Of a DNA stretch of 64,000 nucleotides, positions 35,712 through 45,763 are shown piece after piece. Under the pieces are notes generated by a model, which worked only from the letters and a program-made list of their open reading frames with translations, was not told the origin of the DNA and ran no database searches. The DNA is from Deltaproteobacteria bacterium (lineage in GTDB: Bacteria > Desulfobacterota > Desulfobulbia > Desulfobulbales > SURF-16). A program made the position numbers and the translations under genes. Numbering within the stretch: the stretch's first letter is position 1; every line of letters starts with the position of its first letter. The DNA lies in contig JAOZOY010000002.1 of assembly GCA_029933005.1 (NCBI GenBank), positions 22,694-86,693 of the forward strand, read 5' to 3'.

Positions 35712-37436
35712 CTACTGGACAAGAATAGACATCCTGGTTTTTTTGAAGACATGCTCCTGAACTGCAAAGGCTTCCACCACGGCGGGAGCAAAATGTTTTC
35801 CTTTTTCGGCGAAAATGATTTTCCTGGCCTCTTCATGGGTCATGGAGGGTTTGTAACATCTTTTTGATGTCAGGGCGTCATAAACATCGGCCAAGGAGAC
35901 AATGGCTGCGGATAAGGGAATTTCACCGTTTTTCAGTCCCTGGGGATATCCGCTGCCATCCCATCTTTCATGGTGATAATAGGCCACCTCTCTGCCGATG
36001 GTTAAAAATGTCTTCCCTTTTATTCGAGATTCAAGATCACTGAGGGCATCACCGCCGATAATGGAATGAAATTTCATGATGTTGAATTCTTCCGGGGTGA
36101 GTTTGTCGGGTTTGAGAAGGATCGCATCCGGAATGCCTACTTTGCCGATATCATGCAAAATGGAAGAAAGATAAAGATCATCAGTATAATCCTGATTGAT
36201 GATATTAGCATATTCCGGGTATCCAGCCAGTTCTTCACAGATAATCCTGGTGTATTCCCGGATTCTTTCGAGGTGATTTCCAGTCTCATGATCCCGTGAC
36301 TCCACAAGTTTTGCCAGACCGAATATCGCGGCTGTTCTGGAGGTGTTGATCTCTTCTTGGGAGCGAACAAGCTCGGATTTCATTTTGTTTCTTCTGGTAA
36401 TATCTCTGGCCACTAATTGATAACCGATAAATTGTCCGTCTTTGTTAATTGTTTTGGCATTACATTCAATGTCCGCCTTTTTCAGGTTCCCGTTCAACAT
36501 TTTAAACTGAAAATCTTTGATATCCTGGCCTGACATCAGACCGGCCAACAGGTCCTGTTTTACCCTGGCAACATCTTCATCATCAACGAAATCAAAAAAA
36601 GATACACCTGCGACATCTTCACGTCTTTTTTTAAGAAAATTATAAAAATGGGGGTTAGCCATAAGTATTGTCCCATCATGATCCAGCAGAATGACAGGAT
36701 CCAGAATATTATCATACAGTTTTTTGTAGCGCAGTTCGGATTCTTCGATTTCCTTAAGCTGTTTTTCAACCTCTTCTTCCAGGTGATGCGTGTAATAAGA
36801 TAACTCCCCGGTCAGCTTTTTGAGCTTTATTTTTAGATTAAATTCTCTCACCCGTCCTTTGAGCTCTTCATGGCACTGGACAATACCAATCATGGCAAAT
36901 GCAAAAAGAAAAAAAGTATTGTTGAAGAAAGTATTAAAATTTTCAGGGCTGGTTTTTAAAAAAGTAAACGGATCGAGATAGCAGGGAACGGTATAGATGA
37001 GCAGAAGAATAATTCCTGAAAAAATTGCCTGGAAAAAATGAAGCGGCAGGATGGCAAAATAGCCCACCAGGATAAGGAGCGGGCCGGCATAATAAAAATG
37101 TCCGCTATGGCCGATTTTGAGGATCATCAGGACAAGGATAAAGCTGCCAATCGCGCAGAATGTGATGGCAATGAGAAAGGAAGAAATTAGTTTTTTATGA
37201 TGCAGCAGAAGAAAGCCGGCCATAAGTAATGAAAAAAAGATGCGATATTGAGCAAAGAGAATAAAATGTTCTCTGGCCATGACAAAGTCAAGAATGGAAA
37301 AAAACGGAAAGAAAACAATGCCAAGCCAGAGCAGGGCCGTAACTCTTTGACGAAGGAGATCTTCAGTCTCTTTTGTAAAGAGTTTCAGATGTTTTTTTTC
37401 AATGCCCAGGGAAGGGGCTGACCAGGATAGGTTCAT
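35712..37436 (-). CDS. membrane (6-TM) PAS-domain HD-GYP phosphodiesterase, copy 2
   Basis: Same architecture as 32229..34109: HDIGKVGIPD ... HHERWDGSGYPQGL. Confidence 0.85.
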   Translation of the reverse strand: MNLSWSAPSLGIEKKHLKLFTKETEDLLRQRVTALLWLGIVFFPFFSILDFVMAREHFILFAQYRIFFSLLMAGFLLLHHKKLISSFLIAITFCAIGSFILVLMILKIGHSGHFYYAGPLLILVGYFAILPLHFFQAIFSGIILLLIYTVPCYLDPFTFLKTSPENFNTFFNNTFFLFAFAMIGIVQCHEELKGRVREFNLKIKLKKLTGELSYYTHHLEEEVEKQLKEIEESELRYKKLYDNILDPVILLDHDGTILMANPHFYNFLKKRREDVAGVSFFDFVDDEDVARVKQDLLAGLMSGQDIKDFQFKMLNGNLKKADIECNAKTINKDGQFIGYQLVARDITRRNKMKSELVRSQEEINTSRTAAIFGLAKLVESRDHETGNHLERIREYTRIICEELAGYPEYANIINQDYTDDLYLSSILHDIGKVGIPDAILLKPDKLTPEEFNIMKFHSIIGGDALSDLESRIKGKTFLTIGREVAYYHHERWDGSGYPQGLKNGEIPLSAAIVSLADVYDALTSKRCYKPSMTHEEARKIIFAEKGKHFAPAVVEAFAVQEHVFKKTRMSILVQ

Positions 37437-37564
37437 GTAATGCGCTTATCGGGTAACAGAATATTTATCAATTTTGTCTGCATTTTTTGGTAACCATTCA
37501 GAATGCAGATTTTAAAAACTAATAGTCTTTAGTCTACAGCCTAACCACCTGAATAGTAAGCATT

Positions 37565-39121
37565 TTATTTAGTGGCCAGAGCAAAAAGGTTCACCTGTTC
37601 AGGTTCGGAGATGATTTGGACATTTTTGCCAAAGGGAGTGTTTAAAAAAAGTTCTCTTAATTCGTCTTCGGTTCGGTAGATCAGTTTCCAGTTCAGGATA
37701 TGATCCATGAAGTACTGGTCGACACAAGGAGCAAAGTTGCCAATCACCAGTTGACCTCCCGGTTTCAAGTGCTCATGACATCGGCTGACAAGGGCCTGGA
37801 ATAGTTTTCGGTCCAGGTAGTCGCTGAGTCCGGCTGAATAGATGATGTTCTGCATGCCGATGTTGTGGCTCACTTTTCCCAAGGCCCATTTGACCAGGTT
37901 TTCGTTCATGAACCGGATTGAAGCCATGTGGGGAAAGGTGTTGACATGTTGATTGGTGTATTGCAGAGCCTCGGAATCAATGTCTACACAGAGGGCCTCA
38001 ATTTTTTCGCTGTAATCACAATTTGATAGAAAATCAAACAGTTCCCGGTTTGGTCCACAGGCAAGGTTCATGATTTGAATTGTATCGCCCTTCGCTAGCT
38101 TTTGGCGGCTGATTGTTTCCAACTGGCCGCATAACAGTTTACGGCGTCCTCGTATTGCCTTTGTGCCGGGTCGCTGGAGACACCAGGCATCGACGAGTTT
38201 GCCGATTTTCCCCTCGCCTTCCGGTTGATTCAAGTAGATATGCTCCATCATCAGAAAATCACCGGCATATCCTTTTGGCTTGTAATAGGCTCTTGCTGCA
38301 AATCGGCTACGCATGATAAAGGGAAAAGCTTCTTTAAAGAGATACCCCCACAACACGTTTTTATCTTCAGGGCGTTTCAGGAGGTTTTGGAAATTACCAA
38401 GATTGTCGCTGAAATCGTCCAGTATGGAGTAGCATTCCGAACGGTGATCCTCGGAGATTTCCGGGGTTGAATCTTTTTGCAGGGCATAAGAGAGGTCAAA
38501 GATACGGGATTTTATTTTTTCAATATGTTGATTGATCAAATGCCATTCATCGGATTGCAGTAATGTCTTCGGTATGGGTTTTGACTCTGTATAATTCCGG
38601 CTCCGGCGCGGTGCCGAAAGAGAGGCGGCATAGCTGGCCAGGGGATCCCGTTCTTCCAGGACGCGGCGGAATTTTTTGCAGATGGATCGGGCTAGATAAC
38701 TGATGAAATTGCCATAAAGAACAGGATCCTGCTCTTGAAGATCAAGCAAGGAATTTTCGCTGAATACTCTGATGTTGGAATCCTGAACGGCTTTAATGTC
38801 ACGAACCCGGGAGCCGCCGTCAAAAAAACCAATTTCTCCAAAAAATTGCCCGGCGCCGATTAGAGCTACGGTAATTTTTGTCCCCTTGTCGGTATATGAG
38901 ACTTCTATCGCGCCTTTGAGGACATAATAGATTGATCTCTGTTCTTCTCCATGCAGTTCCAGGGGATCATTTTTGCGACAGAAAATTTCTGTAGAAAAAG
39001 GGAGAATACTCCGTATGGTTTTATTTGTAAAAGCCAGGAGTGATCTTTTTGGCTTTGATGTCTGGATTGCTGGCCCCATTTTGTTCCTTTTTCGAGAAAG
39101 ACAGACCCTCTTTTTTATCAT
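37565..39121 (-). CDS. cyclic-nucleotide-binding domain / class I SAM methyltransferase fusion, copy 2
   Basis: Paralogue of 34149..35711 (FFGEIGFFDGGSRVRDIKA; IQIMNLACGPNREL; CVDID). The start could instead be the internal MGPAIQ. Confidence 0.8.
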   Translation of the reverse strand: MIKKRVCLSRKRNKMGPAIQTSKPKRSLLAFTNKTIRSILPFSTEIFCRKNDPLELHGEEQRSIYYVLKGAIEVSYTDKGTKITVALIGAGQFFGEIGFFDGGSRVRDIKAVQDSNIRVFSENSLLDLQEQDPVLYGNFISYLARSICKKFRRVLEERDPLASYAASLSAPRRSRNYTESKPIPKTLLQSDEWHLINQHIEKIKSRIFDLSYALQKDSTPEISEDHRSECYSILDDFSDNLGNFQNLLKRPEDKNVLWGYLFKEAFPFIMRSRFAARAYYKPKGYAGDFLMMEHIYLNQPEGEGKIGKLVDAWCLQRPGTKAIRGRRKLLCGQLETISRQKLAKGDTIQIMNLACGPNRELFDFLSNCDYSEKIEALCVDIDSEALQYTNQHVNTFPHMASIRFMNENLVKWALGKVSHNIGMQNIIYSAGLSDYLDRKLFQALVSRCHEHLKPGGQLVIGNFAPCVDQYFMDHILNWKLIYRTEDELRELFLNTPFGKNVQIISEPEQVNLFALATK

Positions 39122-39488
39122 GACCGCAAATTGACGTCAGGTATTGGTCAGTCAGGAAAATGGTGAGAGTCGTATATTTTTTTTATTAAAGATTACCAGA
39201 ATTATGCTAACCTTTTAAATTTTTTATAAAAACAAAGAGTATATTTATAATTTTCCTGAATTAGAAACGAATTGTCAACATATTAATCCGGATCAACCCA
39301 TAAAAAGTTTTTTTTACCACGGAGAATGAGGATTTCAAGAGAAATTTTCTTGATCATAATTAGTTAGTTCAACGATTTTTTGGGTGAATTTGTTAGTTTT
39401 TATGAGAGAATCATATAACATTTTGTTGCGGGAGTTTTGCGGTAGAGATTGTTCTGGATGAGTGATGCAGAAGTTAGGTGCAGCCGGG

Positions 39489-40532
39489 TTACTTCTTTGC
39501 ATTTTTATAGATACAGGTTTGGTCGCAATAATTTGTAAACATCAGTTGATCACCAAGTTTCTGGACATAATTGGGCGTAAGCGGGATTTTCCCGCCTCCG
39601 CCGGGCGCGTCAACTGCATAGGTGGGCACGCCCAGGCCCGAGGTGTAACCAATGAGAGATTTCATGATCTTAAGGCCGGTCTCTATGGGGGTGCGGAAAT
39701 GGTCGGTGCCAAGGGTCAGGTCGGCCTGGAAAAGATAATAGGGTTTGACTCGAATCATCAAAAGTTTGCGCATCAGTTCTTGCATGGTTTCCGGGTGATC
39801 GTTCACACCGCGCAGCAGCACGGTCTGGCAGCCAAGAGGGATGCCCGCGTCGGCCAGCCTGGTGCAGGCCAGGCTTGCTTCCGGTGTGATTTCATCTGGA
39901 TGATTGAAATGGGTGTTGATATACAGGGGATGGAATTTTTTGAGAATTTTTACCAGCCGGGTGGTTACCCGCATGGGCAGAGTGCAGGGTGCCCTGCTGC
40001 CGATGCGGATGATCTCGACAGTTGGAATGCTCCGCAGGGATGACAGGATCCAATCCAGAATCTCATCATCAAGGAGAAGTGGATCGCCGCCGGAAACCAG
40101 CACATCCCGAACCTGGGGGGTTTGTCTGATGTAGTCGAGCCCGGCTCGGATCGTTTTTTTTGTGATGGCCATTTCGCTTGTGCCGACCTTGCGTTTTCGG
40201 GTACAGAAACGGCAATACATGGCGCATTGGGAGGTCACCAGAAAGAGGACTCGATCCGGATATTTGTGAATCAGGTTTGGAACCGGGCTCAGATCTTCTT
40301 CCCCCAGCGGATCGGGCATGCAGACCTGATCCTGGATTTCCCGGATATCCGGCACAGCCTGTTTCCAGAGAGGATCATTTTTTTCACGGATCAGTCCCAG
40401 GTAATAGGAATTGATCCGCATGGGATACTGTTTGATGACCTTGTTGATTCTTTCCTGATTTGGGCGTAGTTCAAGTGGCAGGTCGGTAACAGTAGAGATG
40501 CTTTTTTTAAGCAGGTTCCGCCAGGTTTGCAA
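39489..40532 (-). CDS. KamA-family radical SAM aminomutase (lysine 2,3-aminomutase / EpmB-like)
   Basis: CAMYCRFCTRKR (CxxxCxxC) and a KamA-type N-terminus (WRNLLKKSISTVTDLP...YPMRINSYYLGLI). At 347 aa it has the short EpmB-like length. TTG start. Confidence 0.85.
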   Translation of the reverse strand: MQTWRNLLKKSISTVTDLPLELRPNQERINKVIKQYPMRINSYYLGLIREKNDPLWKQAVPDIREIQDQVCMPDPLGEEDLSPVPNLIHKYPDRVLFLVTSQCAMYCRFCTRKRKVGTSEMAITKKTIRAGLDYIRQTPQVRDVLVSGGDPLLLDDEILDWILSSLRSIPTVEIIRIGSRAPCTLPMRVTTRLVKILKKFHPLYINTHFNHPDEITPEASLACTRLADAGIPLGCQTVLLRGVNDHPETMQELMRKLLMIRVKPYYLFQADLTLGTDHFRTPIETGLKIMKSLIGYTSGLGVPTYAVDAPGGGGKIPLTPNYVQKLGDQLMFTNYCDQTCIYKNAKK

Positions 40533-40545
40533 GGCTCTTTATCTC

Positions 40546-41166
40546 TTATGCGGCTTCAGGATAAGGAAATTCCGGATGATTTAGCAATTTTGCCATACGC
40601 TGTTTTTTATTTGTATGGGTATCATGGAAATCAAGCAGTTTCTCAATGGCCTCGATGATGGTCTTGTCATCGCCATGTTTGATAATGTGCCGGCCGATTT
40701 TGGGCATGGACCCACCTTTGCCGCCGGCGTAAAGATTCAGGCCGGCCTTGGTGGCAACAATGCCGATATCCGTACTCACCGGGTTGGTGCAGTTGGCCGG
40801 ACAGGCGGCAATGGCTATTTTGACTTTGGGTTTAACGCTTCTGTCCTTAAAATGATCGAGGATCTTTTCGCTTAACAGCTTGGTGTCAATGAGGCCAAGT
40901 TTGCAGTGGGGCTCTCCGATGCAGACCCTTGGGATGGGAAAAATACAGGGTTTTTTTAAGGCGGTGCCAAGCGCGGCAAGTTCATTTTTGATTGTTTCCG
41001 CATCATCTTTATTGATATTAAGGAGCCTGATGTTCTGGGCCGTTGAACAGTAGAGTTCAAGGTCAAAGCGGTAGGCCAGTTCCCGGATTTTTTCGAGAAT
41101 CAACAGGGGAAGTCGGCCAGCCGGCAGCAATACGGTTATATTTTGTTTTTTACTTTTGTTGTTCAT
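40546..41166 (-). CDS. small nitrite/sulfite-reductase-like 4Fe-4S/siroheme half-domain protein
   Basis: CIGEPHCKLGLID and KIAIAACPANCTNPVSTDIGIV resemble the NirA/Sir ferredoxin-like half-domain cluster motifs. ATG 41166 (MNNKSKK) is preferred over the longer ORF start. Confidence 0.6.
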   Translation of the reverse strand: MNNKSKKQNITVLLPAGRLPLLILEKIRELAYRFDLELYCSTAQNIRLLNINKDDAETIKNELAALGTALKKPCIFPIPRVCIGEPHCKLGLIDTKLLSEKILDHFKDRSVKPKVKIAIAACPANCTNPVSTDIGIVATKAGLNLYAGGKGGSMPKIGRHIIKHGDDKTIIEAIEKLLDFHDTHTNKKQRMAKLLNHPEFPYPEAA

Positions 41167-41269
41167 TGTTTTCTTGTCCTGTATCGTGTTATTCTTTGAA
41201 AATTTTTTTGAGAATAAAAATTTACTTACTATGATGATGGATAAGTTAATAGTCAATAGTAAATTTTTT

Positions 41270-41329
41270 GTAATTATTCAGGTGGCCCATCAAATTGGCA
41301 TAACCACTGTTCTGCTCCTGAACAGTTAC
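41270..41329. mobile_element. minimal MITE copy C2
   Basis: Termini are GTAATTATTCAGG and CCTGAACAGTTAC. A perfect 8-bp direct repeat AATTTTTT sits at 41262-41269 and 41330-41337. Confidence 0.7.
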
Positions 41330-41362
41330 AATTTTTTGATCTTTAATAACAGGTTGTGAACC

Positions 41363-42307
41363 ATGGCTGTGAAATCGGGCTACCTGGCCCTGCATGAATT
41401 CGGCGAACTTGAAAAACGAATTGAAGCGGCGCGGGAGAATTTACAATGCTGCACCCTTTGTCCCCGCATCTGCAAGGTGAACCGGCTTGAAGGTGAACTC
41501 GGTATCTGCAAGACTGGAAAACGGATGATCGTAGCCAGTTACGCGCCCCATTTCGGCGAAGAGGCACCCCTTGTGGGTCAGGGCGGCTCCGGGACAATTT
41601 TTGTCTCAAACTGCAATCTGGGCTGTGTTTTTTGTCAAAATTATGAAATCAGCCATGTGGGTGATGGCGTGAAAGCGGAGCCTGGGCAGGTGGCCGCCAT
41701 CATGGTCAGCCTGCAGAAACAGGGTTGTCATAACATTAATTTTGTCACCCCGAGCCATGTTGTGCCTCAGATCCTTGAGGCCCTGCCTCTGGCCATTGCG
41801 AAAGGACTGACCCTGCCTCTTGTTTATAACAGCAGCGGTTATGATTCGGTGGAGACCTTGAAACTGCTGGACGGCGTGGTGGATATTTACATGCCGGATT
41901 TTAAATTCTGGGATAAAGAGTCGGCTAAACGCCTGGCAAAGGCCCCTGATTATCCTGAAAGGGCCAGGTCTGCCATCAGCGAGATGTTTCGCCAGGTTGG
42001 TGATCTGGAAATGGATCAGGATGGGATTGCGATCCGGGGACTTCTTGTCAGGCATCTTGTCATGCCGGGTGGATTGGCCGAAACAAGGGAGATTGTCCGT
42101 TTCCTGGCAGGACTCTCAAAGGATACTTATGTCAATATCATGGAGCAGTACCGGCCCATGGGGCGAGCTGCCGAGTTTCCGCCCATTGACCGTCCCCTGG
42201 CTCATGATGAGTATGTGGAGGCGGTGAGACTGGCTCGGGAGGCGGGTTTGGATCGGCTTGATGAAAAGGATTTTGCAAAGATGCTGCGCCGCTTGGGCAT
42301 TGTTTGA
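41363..42307 (+). CDS. radical SAM protein, PflX-like (pyruvate formate-lyase activase homologue)
   Basis: CTLCPRICKVNRLEGELGICKTG N-terminal motif, then the CNLGCVFCQNYEIS radical SAM cluster. Confidence 0.8.
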   Translation: MAVKSGYLALHEFGELEKRIEAARENLQCCTLCPRICKVNRLEGELGICKTGKRMIVASYAPHFGEEAPLVGQGGSGTIFVSNCNLGCVFCQNYEISHVGDGVKAEPGQVAAIMVSLQKQGCHNINFVTPSHVVPQILEALPLAIAKGLTLPLVYNSSGYDSVETLKLLDGVVDIYMPDFKFWDKESAKRLAKAPDYPERARSAISEMFRQVGDLEMDQDGIAIRGLLVRHLVMPGGLAETREIVRFLAGLSKDTYVNIMEQYRPMGRAAEFPPIDRPLAHDEYVEAVRLAREAGLDRLDEKDFAKMLRRLGIV

Positions 42308-42333
42308 TTGAGGATTGTGGAGTGAGAAGCGAG

Positions 42334-42984
42334 ATGGGTACTTTGAGTAAGATCATTTTATCTTCCATAGGCAAAAAAAGCATCATGGCTGTCAGCGGCA
42401 TCATGCTCGGTTTGTTTTTGCTGGTTCATGCCCTGGGCAATTGCACAACTTTTTTCGGCCGAGAAGCCTTTAATTCCTATGCCAGCCATCTTCACAGCCT
42501 GGGATGTCTGATTTTATTTTTCGAGGTCGGCCTTGTTGTTATTTTTTTGACCCATATCGTTCTGGGATGCATGACCTGGTGGCAAAACAAAAGGGCGCGA
42601 CCTCATAGTTATGAGGTTTACAGAAGTTCGGGGGGGCGCACTATGGGCTCAAAAACGATGCCTTATACCGGCATAATCATTCTGTTTTTTTTGTTTGTTC
42701 ATTTGCAGAATTTTCATTTTACTGATCATTCCAGGGAGATTTCCGCAATAGTCAAAGGGGTTTTGATCCAGCCGTTCTATGCTATTTTTTATAGTATCGC
42801 CATGCTGGCTCTGGCCCTTCACATAAGCCATGGCTTCTGGAGCATGCTCCAGTCTCTGGGGATCAATCACCCGAAATATAATTCTATCATGCAGAGAGGA
42901 ACCCTGTCTCTGTGCGTGGTAATGGTAGCGGTTTTTGTCTTGATTCCGGCTTTGACTTTACTTTGGCCAGGTTTTTTGTTGTAG
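42334..42984 (+). CDS. sdhC: succinate dehydrogenase/fumarate reductase cytochrome b subunit (b558 type)
   Basis: Five hydrophobic helices with conserved His (LLVHALGN, THIVLG, LHISHGF). Directly upstream of sdhA and sdhB. Confidence 0.75.
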   Translation: MGTLSKIILSSIGKKSIMAVSGIMLGLFLLVHALGNCTTFFGREAFNSYASHLHSLGCLILFFEVGLVVIFLTHIVLGCMTWWQNKRARPHSYEVYRSSGGRTMGSKTMPYTGIIILFFLFVHLQNFHFTDHSREISAIVKGVLIQPFYAIFYSIAMLALALHISHGFWSMLQSLGINHPKYNSIMQRGTLSLCVVMVAVFVLIPALTLLWPGFLL

Positions 42985-43004
42985 CTGTTGAATCAGCCAT
43001 GAAG

Positions 43005-43043
43005 TCACAGAGGAGCGGAGTTTTTTCTACGTCTCTGTGAGCA
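43005..43043. repeat. short hairpin repeat, family D copy 2 (sdhC-sdhA spacer)
   Basis: CACAGAGGAGCG-gagttttttcta-CGTCTCTGTGAG. Confidence 0.4.
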
Positions 43044-43060
43044 CAAAAGAGATAACATCA

Positions 43061-44974
43061 ATGATCCTTGACGCAAAAATACCCTCAGGCCCTCTGGCGG
43101 AAAAATGGGACAAACATCGGTTTGAGACCAGATTGGTGAATCCGGCCAATAAACGCAAATTTACCATCATTGTCGTGGGAACCGGCCTTGCCGGTGCCTC
43201 GGCCTCGGCAACCCTGGCTGAGCTGGGTTATCATGTCAAAACCTTCACGATTCATGATTCTCCCCGCCGGGCCCACAGTATCGCGGCCCAGGGCGGCATT
43301 AATGCGGCCAAGAATTACCAGAACGACGGCGACAGTATTTTTCGCCTTTTTTATGACACGATCAAGGGCGGTGATTTTCGCTCTCGGGAGGCTAATGTTT
43401 ATCGGCTGGCCCAGATCAGCAACAGTATTATTGATCAATGCGTGGCCCAGGGCATTCCCTTTGCCAGGGAATACGGCGGTACCCTGGCCAACCGTTCCTT
43501 TGGCGGCGCCCAGGTGTCGAGAACTTTTTATGCCAGGGGCCAGACCGGCCAGCAGCTCTTACTCGGTGCCTACAGTGCCCTGATGCGTCAGGTGAAGATG
43601 AGAAAGGTTGAAATCCTGCCGCGCCGGGAGATGCTTGATTTGATAGTTATTGACGGCAGGGCTCGTGGCATCGTGGTTCGGGATATGCGGAGCGGTCGCA
43701 TTTCCTCCCATGTGGCGGATGGTGTGGTGCTGGCCACAGGCGGTTACGGCAATGTCTATTTTCTCTCCACCAATGCCATGAATTCCAATGTTACCGCGGC
43801 ATGGCGGGCTTGTAAGCAGGGGGCCTTTTTTGCCAATCCCTGCTTTGTTCAGATTCATCCTACCTGTATCCCGGTGCATGGCGATTATCAGTCTAAATTG
43901 ACCCTGATGAGTGAGAGCCTGCGCAATGACGGCCGGGTCTGGGTGCCGAAAAAGGTGGGTGACGACAGGGATCCGGATCGGATTCCTGAAGAAGAGCGGG
44001 ATTATTATCTGGAAAAAAAGTATCCGAGTTTCGGCAATCTCGTTCCCCGAGACGTAGCCTCGCGCAATGCCAAGGAGCAATGTGATCAAGAAAAGGGAGT
44101 GGGGCAAACCGGCCGGGCCGTCTATCTCGATTTTGCCGAGGCCATTGAACGTGACGGGCTGGAGATGATTTTGAAAAAATACGGCAATCTTTTTCAGATG
44201 TATGAAAAGATCACGGCCAGCGATCCGCGCCGGGAACCGATGATGATCTATCCGGCCGTCCATTACACCATGGGCGGTCTCTGGGTTGATTACAATCTCA
44301 TGAGCACCATTCCCGGCCTCTTTGTCCTGGGCGAGGCGAATTTCTCTGATCACGGCGCCAATCGGCTAGGGGCCAGTGCCCTGATGCAGGGTTTGGCGGA
44401 CGGTTATTTTGTCCTGCCCGCCACGATCTGTGGTTATCTGGCTGAAACCAAATTAGCTCCTGTAAAAAGCGATCATGTGGTGTGTGAAAAGGGCGAAAAA
44501 CAGGCGGCTGACAAAATCAGCAGCCTGCTGAACTGTAGTGGTAAACGAACGGTTGATGATTTTCATAAGGAATTGGGAAGGCTGCTCTGGGATTATTGCG
44601 GCATGGCCAGGAACCGGAATGGATTGGAAACGGCTCTGGCAAAAATTCCCGAGATCCGGGAGGAATTTCGACATAATGTCCTGGTGCCGGGCAAAAATGA
44701 GTCCTTGAACCAGTCGCTGGAGCGGGCCGGCCGCCTGGAAGATTATCTGGAATTTGCCGAAATGATGGTTGTGGACGCCTTACAACGTAGGGAATCCTGC
44801 GGATGTCATCTCCGGGAGGAAAGCCAGACCGCCGAAGGAGAGGCCAGACGGGATGATGAAAATTACGCCTATGTGGCGGCCTGGGAATTTGCCGGGGATG
44901 GAAAGTCTCCAAAACTTCACAGGGAGAATCTTGTTTTTGAGAATGTGACCCTGAGTCAGAGAAGTTATAAGTGA
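43061..44974 (+). CDS. sdhA: succinate dehydrogenase/fumarate reductase flavoprotein subunit
   Basis: [14 protein letters not shown] motif and [12 protein letters not shown] (covalent FAD His). ATG 43061 ([12 protein letters not shown]) is preferred because the GTG 43037 lies inside a hairpin repeat. Confidence 0.9.
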   Translation: MILDAKIPSGPLAEKWDKHRFETRLVNPANKRKFTIIVVGTGLAGASASATLAELGYHVKTFTIHDSPRRAHSIAAQGGINAAKNYQNDGDSIFRLFYDTIKGGDFRSREANVYRLAQISNSIIDQCVAQGIPFAREYGGTLANRSFGGAQVSRTFYARGQTGQQLLLGAYSALMRQVKMRKVEILPRREMLDLIVIDGRARGIVVRDMRSGRISSHVADGVVLATGGYGNVYFLSTNAMNSNVTAAWRACKQGAFFANPCFVQIHPTCIPVHGDYQSKLTLMSESLRNDGRVWVPKKVGDDRDPDRIPEEERDYYLEKKYPSFGNLVPRDVASRNAKEQCDQEKGVGQTGRAVYLDFAEAIERDGLEMILKKYGNLFQMYEKITASDPRREPMMIYPAVHYTMGGLWVDYNLMSTIPGLFVLGEANFSDHGANRLGASALMQGLADGYFVLPATICGYLAETKLAPVKSDHVVCEKGEKQAADKISSLLNCSGKRTVDDFHKELGRLLWDYCGMARNRNGLETALAKIPEIREEFRHNVLVPGKNESLNQSLERAGRLEDYLEFAEMMVVDALQRRESCGCHLREESQTAEGEARRDDENYAYVAAWEFAGDGKSPKLHRENLVFENVTLSQRSYK

Positions 44975-45004
44975 GAAGACAGAAGTCAGGAGATAGAAGA
45001 TATC

Positions 45005-45763
45005 ATGAGCAATGACAAGATCGGTTTAACCCTGAAAATCTGGCGGCAGCCATGTTCACATTCTAAAGGCAAATTTGAGACTTTTCATGTGAATAATATT
45101 TCTTCTGATATGTCTTTTCTGGAAATGCTCGATGTTCTCAATGAACATCTTACCCTGGGCGGTAAACAACCGGTGGCCTTTGACCATGACTGCCGGGAGG
45201 GAATCTGCGGCATGTGCGGCGCCGTGGTCAACGGTCAGGCCCATGGCCCGGAAAAGGGAACAACTTTGTGCCAGCTTCACATGCGTCATTTCAGGAATGG
45301 TGATACCCTGGTGATTGAGCCATTCCGGGCTCGTGCTTTCAAGGTTGAACGGGATCTTGTGGTGAACCGCTCTCCTTTGGACAAGATTATTCAGGCCGGG
45401 GGCTATGTCTCGGTGAATACCGGCGGTGCCCCGGATGGCAATGGAGTTCCCGTTGCTCAGGATACAGCGGAGCAGGCCATGGATGCGGCCGCCTGTATCG
45501 GCTGTGGGGCTTGTGTGGCAGCCTGTCCCAATGGCTCGGCCATGCTCTTTGTCGGTGCCAAGGTTTCCCAGCTTGTTTTGTTGCCCCAGGGGTACCCGGA
45601 GCGGGCCGGTCGGGCTCTCAATATGGTGGCTGAAATGGATGAGCTTGGTTTTGGTAATTGCGGCAATGAACGGGAGTGTGAGGCGGTCTGTCCCAAATCG
45701 ATTTCCATCCGAAATATCGCCCGTTTAAATCGGGAATTTTTCAAGGCGGCCCTGTTTGGCTGA
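45005..45763 (+). CDS. sdhB: succinate dehydrogenase/fumarate reductase iron-sulfur subunit
   Basis: 2Fe-2S ([10 protein letters not shown]), 4Fe-4S ([12 protein letters not shown]) and 3Fe-4S ([12 protein letters not shown]) motifs. Confidence 0.9.
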   Translation: MSNDKIGLTLKIWRQPCSHSKGKFETFHVNNISSDMSFLEMLDVLNEHLTLGGKQPVAFDHDCREGICGMCGAVVNGQAHGPEKGTTLCQLHMRHFRNGDTLVIEPFRARAFKVERDLVVNRSPLDKIIQAGGYVSVNTGGAPDGNGVPVAQDTAEQAMDAAACIGCGACVAACPNGSAMLFVGAKVSQLVLLPQGYPERAGRALNMVAEMDELGFGNCGNERECEAVCPKSISIRNIARLNREFFKAALFG

